The position numbers and the translations under genes are program-made. 35,880 nt of DNA from Acidimicrobiales bacterium (GTDB lineage: Bacteria; Actinomycetota; Acidimicrobiia; Acidimicrobiales; Palsa-688): assembly GCA_051984455.1 (NCBI GenBank), contig JBPYFF010000096.1, positions 1-35,880 of the forward strand, in the 5' to 3' direction. Under the pieces are notes generated by a model. The model had not been told where the DNA came from, ran no database searches, and saw only the letters and a list, made by a program, of their open reading frames with translations. Shown here one piece after another: positions 33,076-35,880 of the stretch (position 1 is its first letter; the number at the start of each line of letters is the position of its first letter).

Positions 33076-33864
33076 GTGGACGACGATCGCGAGCGTGGCA
33101 GCATCGAGGATCTGTGGGCCGCGTTCAAGCGGTCCGGTAGCCGCTCGGCGCGCGATCGCCTGATCCTGCATTACTCCCCGCTGGTCAAATACGTCGCCGG
33201 GCGGGTGTCGGTCGGCCTGCCTGCCACCATCGAGCAGTCAGACCTCGTCAGCTACGGCATCTTCGGTCTTCTGGATGCCATCGAGAAGTTCGACCCGGCT
33301 CGCCAGGTGAAGTTCGAAACCTATGCCATCATCCGGATCAAGGGCACCATCATCGACGAGCTCAGGTCGACCGACTGGGTGCCCCGGTCGGTGCGAGCTA
33401 AGGCCAGGTCGGTCGAAGAGGCCTACATTCGACTGGAAGCCGAGTTGCTTCGCAATCCGACCGACGCCGAGGTGGCGGCCGAGCTTGGCATGACCGAAGG
33501 CGACCTCCACCAGGTGTTCAATCAGATCTCGTTCATCGGGCTCGTGCCTCTGGACGGCGTCCTCTCGGGGGGCAGCGGCGAGCGGGACGTCACCACGACT
33601 GTTGGCGACACGATCGCTGATAGCCGCGAGAGCCCGGTGGCAGCATTTGAAGTCGAGGAGATGAAGCGCACCCTGGCGAACACGATCAACGGGCTGGGCG
33701 AGCGGGAGAAGATCGTGCTGACGCTGTACTACTACGAGGGCCTGACCCTGGCGGAGATCGGCGAGGTACTCGGTGTGACCGAAAGCCGCGTCTGCCAGAT
33801 CCACACCAAAGCGGTGCTGCAGATGCGATCCCGCATGCTGGCGCTCGAGCGCGAGCCCGCGTGA
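33076..33864 (+). CDS. FliA/WhiG-family (sigma-28 type) RNA polymerase sigma factor
   Basis: Region 2 (DLVSYGIFGLLDAIEKFDP...FETYAIIRIKGTIIDELR), region 3, and region 4.2 HTH (LTLAEIGEVLGVTESRVCQIHTKAV). The size and the IRIKG.I.DELR motif are typical of the FliA/WhiG/SigD group. Confidence 0.85.
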   Translation: MDDDRERGSIEDLWAAFKRSGSRSARDRLILHYSPLVKYVAGRVSVGLPATIEQSDLVSYGIFGLLDAIEKFDPARQVKFETYAIIRIKGTIIDELRSTDWVPRSVRAKARSVEEAYIRLEAELLRNPTDAEVAAELGMTEGDLHQVFNQISFIGLVPLDGVLSGGSGERDVTTTVGDTIADSRESPVAAFEVEEMKRTLANTINGLGEREKIVLTLYYYEGLTLAEIGEVLGVTESRVCQIHTKAVLQMRSRMLALEREPA

Positions 33865-33897
33865 GCCTTGGCTCGATCTGCCGCTGAGGTAGGCTGA

Positions 33898-33972
33898 CGT
33901 GCCCCGATCGCACGGCAAGGGGGCACGACCACACCCTGTGCGCACCCACGGTCGTCCGGACCTGTCCGGACG
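33898..33972 (+). promoter_or_regulatory. Structured segment upstream of rpsB: two strong hairpins (sigma-gene terminator and/or rpsB leader)
   Basis: CGTGCCCC (33898-33905) pairs with GGGGCACG (33920-33927) across a 14-nt loop. CGTCCGGA (33953-33960) pairs with TCCGGACG (33965-33972) across the 4-nt loop cctg. No U tract. The second hairpin ends 38 nt before the rpsB ATG. Confidence 0.35.
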
Positions 33973-34010
33973 CTGCGTCCAGGATCAGATCAACCGATGG
34001 GAGGACTTTG

Positions 34011-35012
34011 ATGGCTGTTGTGACCATGAAGCAGCTGCTGGAGGCCGGTGTCCACTTCGGCCACCAGACCAGGCGCTGGAATCCGAAGATGAAGCGATTC
34101 ATCTTCGGGGAACGCAACGGCATTTACATCATTGACCTGAATCAGACCCTGGAGCGCATCGACGTCGCCTACTCCTTCGTTCGGGATCTCGTTGCCGATG
34201 GTGGATCCATCCTCTTCGTCGGCACCAAGAAGCAGACCCAGGACCCGATTGCCCGTTACGCGCAGGAGTGCGGCATGTCGTACATCAACGAGCGCTGGTT
34301 GGGCGGCATGCTGACCAACTTCAGCACTATTTCCGGCCGGGTCAAGAAGATGCAGGAGTACGAGCGTATGAAGGCAGCGGGCGACTTCGACGCCATGCCG
34401 AAGAAGGAAGCGCTCATCCTCTCGAGGGAGCTCGACAAGCTGCAACGCAACCTCGGAGGCATCCGGACCTTGACCAGGCTTCCGAACGCGCTGTTCATCA
34501 TTGACACCAAGAAAGAGCACATCGCGGTCACCGAGGCCAACAAGCTGGACATCCCGATCGTCGCGGTCGTGGACACCAACTGCGATCCCGACCTCATTCA
34601 ATACGTCATTCCCGGCAATGACGACGCCATCCGGGCCGGCACGCTGATGTGCCGGATCGTTGCCGATGCGGTGGAAGAAGGCGAGTTCATCCGCTCTCGG
34701 CGAACAGCCCGCGCAGGCGCGGCCTCCGCCGGACCCGCGGTGGTGGACCCTGACGAGGAGGTCCGTCGAGCGGAGCAGCAGCGGGAGGCCCGCCGGCAGG
34801 CGGCACTGCAGGCGCAGGAACGGGAGGCCCGCCTGGCCGCGGCCCGGCGCCACGAGCAATCGGCGAGTGCGCCCTCACCGCAACCAGAAGCTTCCGCGGT
34901 CGGCGCAGCCGGTCCGGCCGCGGCGCCGGCCGGGGCGCCTGCGCCCGGTCAGGGTGACGTGGCCCCCACTGCCGCCACGGCCGGATCGCAGGACCCGGCC
35001 AGGGAAGGATGA
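34011..35012 (+). CDS. rpsB: 30S ribosomal protein S2 with a long Ala/Pro/Glu/Arg-rich C-terminal tail
   Basis: [41 protein letters not shown] is canonical S2. ATG 34011 has GGGAGGAC upstream. About 105 low-complexity residues follow the conserved core. Confidence 0.95.
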   Translation: MAVVTMKQLLEAGVHFGHQTRRWNPKMKRFIFGERNGIYIIDLNQTLERIDVAYSFVRDLVADGGSILFVGTKKQTQDPIARYAQECGMSYINERWLGGMLTNFSTISGRVKKMQEYERMKAAGDFDAMPKKEALILSRELDKLQRNLGGIRTLTRLPNALFIIDTKKEHIAVTEANKLDIPIVAVVDTNCDPDLIQYVIPGNDDAIRAGTLMCRIVADAVEEGEFIRSRRTARAGAASAGPAVVDPDEEVRRAEQQREARRQAALQAQEREARLAAARRHEQSASAPSPQPEASAVGAAGPAAAPAGAPAPGQGDVAPTAATAGSQDPAREG

Positions 35013-35019
35013 GGAGGAG

Positions 35020-35826
35020 ATGCCGGCAATATCCGCCAAGGACGTAAAGGCCCTGAGGGACGCGACCGGCGCGGGCATCCTGGACTGCAGGAAAGCCCTC
35101 GAGGAGACGGGCGGCGACCTGGCCGCCGCCGCCAGGTGGCTTCGAGAACATGGTCTGGCCAAGTCGGCCGAGCGGGCCGGTCGGAACGAGGAGGGCGCGG
35201 TCGCGGTCGCCCGCGCTCCCGACGGTCAGGCCGCGGCGCTGGTCGAGCTGAAGTCCGAGACCGACTTCGTCGCCAAATCACCACAGTTCGTGGACGCCAG
35301 CGAGGACGTGGCCCGGGTGGTGGCCCGCGAGGGTGAAGAGGCCGCCGCCAGCATGAAAGACGCCATCGACGACCTGAGGGTGACGCTGAAGGAGAACATT
35401 GAGCTCGGCCAGGTGATCCGCTTCGAGGCCTCGCCCGGGAACACGCTCGAGACCTACCTGCATGTTCAGAACGGACGCGGGGTGAACGGTGTGCTGGTGG
35501 AGCTGAGCGGAGGGAAGCCAGAGCTGGCTCACGACGTCGCCGTGCACATCGCCTTCGGCCGGCCTGGCTACCTGTCACGGGACGAGGTACCCGCCGAGGA
35601 AGTCGAGGCCGAGCGCGCCAGTCTTGATGCGGAGACGCGCAATCAGGGACGGCCAGAGCAGGCCATCCCCAAGATCGTCGAGGGCAAGCTCAACGGCTGG
35701 TTCAAACGAGTCCCGGGCGGCGTGTTGCTCGAACAGCCCTACGCGCGGGACGACAAGCGGACCGTGGACCAGGTGCTTGGATCGGCAAGGATCGTCCGCT
35801 TCGCTCAGGTTCTCATCGGGCGATAG
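35020..35826 (+). CDS. tsf: Elongation factor Ts
   Basis: MPAISAKDVKALRDATGAGILDCRKALEETGGDLAAAARWLREHG is the UBA-like N-terminal domain. GAGGAGGAG lies immediately upstream. The track ORF begins inside rpsB at 34660. Confidence 0.93.
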   Translation: MPAISAKDVKALRDATGAGILDCRKALEETGGDLAAAARWLREHGLAKSAERAGRNEEGAVAVARAPDGQAAALVELKSETDFVAKSPQFVDASEDVARVVAREGEEAAASMKDAIDDLRVTLKENIELGQVIRFEASPGNTLETYLHVQNGRGVNGVLVELSGGKPELAHDVAVHIAFGRPGYLSRDEVPAEEVEAERASLDAETRNQGRPEQAIPKIVEGKLNGWFKRVPGGVLLEQPYARDDKRTVDQVLGSARIVRFAQVLIGR

Positions 35827-35831
35827 TTGGG

Positions 35832-35880
35832 ATGAGCCCGGCCTCGCTTCCCTGGCATCGGGTGGTCCTCAAGCTGTCGG
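35832..35880 (+). CDS. pyrH: UMP kinase, 5' fragment (runs off the window)
   Basis: Hand translation MSPASLPWHRVVLKLS ends in the (R/K)V(L/V)LKLSGE motif that opens PyrH. The position after tsf is conserved. Only 16 codons are visible. Confidence 0.55.
   Translation, partial: MSPASLPWHRVVLKLS

Noticed and set aside
31841-34859. Long minus-strand ORFs antisense to xerC (31841-33028), the sigma factor (33238-33945) and rpsB (33990-34859)
   Set aside because: They are shadow ORFs opposite genes with clear catalytic or ribosomal signatures.

Overview
The window is a high-GC (visibly about 70% GC) chromosomal core segment of Actinomycetota type. Almost all of it is densely packed housekeeping genes, and their order matches the conserved actinobacterial backbone as I remember it from Mycobacterium and Streptomyces. 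The order is: partial ABC solute-binding protein | pckG (-) and a small CSD-like gene (-) | thiL-thiD | GAF-HTH regulator | rpmB (-) | DAK2/YloV-recG | esterase (-) | small membrane protein-rsmD-coaD-coiled-coil protein-yceD-rpmF-plsX-acp-rnc-mutM-smc-ftsY-ffh-rpsP-KH-rimM-trmD-rplS | vapBC (-) | DUF2469-yraN-metB-like | Zn-ribbon ORF (-) | enoyl-CoA hydratase-comM-dprA-xerC-FliA/WhiG sigma-rpsB-tsf-pyrH (partial). Many junctions use 4-nt stop/start overlaps (ATGA, GTGA), which implies translational coupling. I found no rRNA, tRNA, CRISPR array, transposase or integrase other than xerC, and I cannot support any claim of a novel multi-gene system. Eight items deserve a second look. (1) A low-GC composite palindrome with a perfect 16-bp tandem duplication lies downstream of thiD and upstream of a GAF + excisionase-type HTH regulator. 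(2) Two adjacent genes (yraN, metB-like) have conserved N-termini that lack any ATG/GTG/TTG start; the metB-like gene has a CTG in a CTGA overlap. (3) A 10-codon relay mini-ORF links rimM to trmD through two ATGA overlaps inside a triplicated GATGAGA motif. (4) A VapBC-type toxin-antitoxin pair sits where lepB-rnhB normally lie. (5) Three accessory genes lie between yraN and comM, one of them a small Zn-ribbon ORF. (6) A degenerate cold-shock-like protein lies upstream of pckG. (7) rpmF (59 aa) is absent from the supplied ORF track. (8) The long antisense or alternate-frame ORFs in the track are high-GC shadow ORFs, and I rejected them. All family assignments come from motif recognition by eye; no database search was run.
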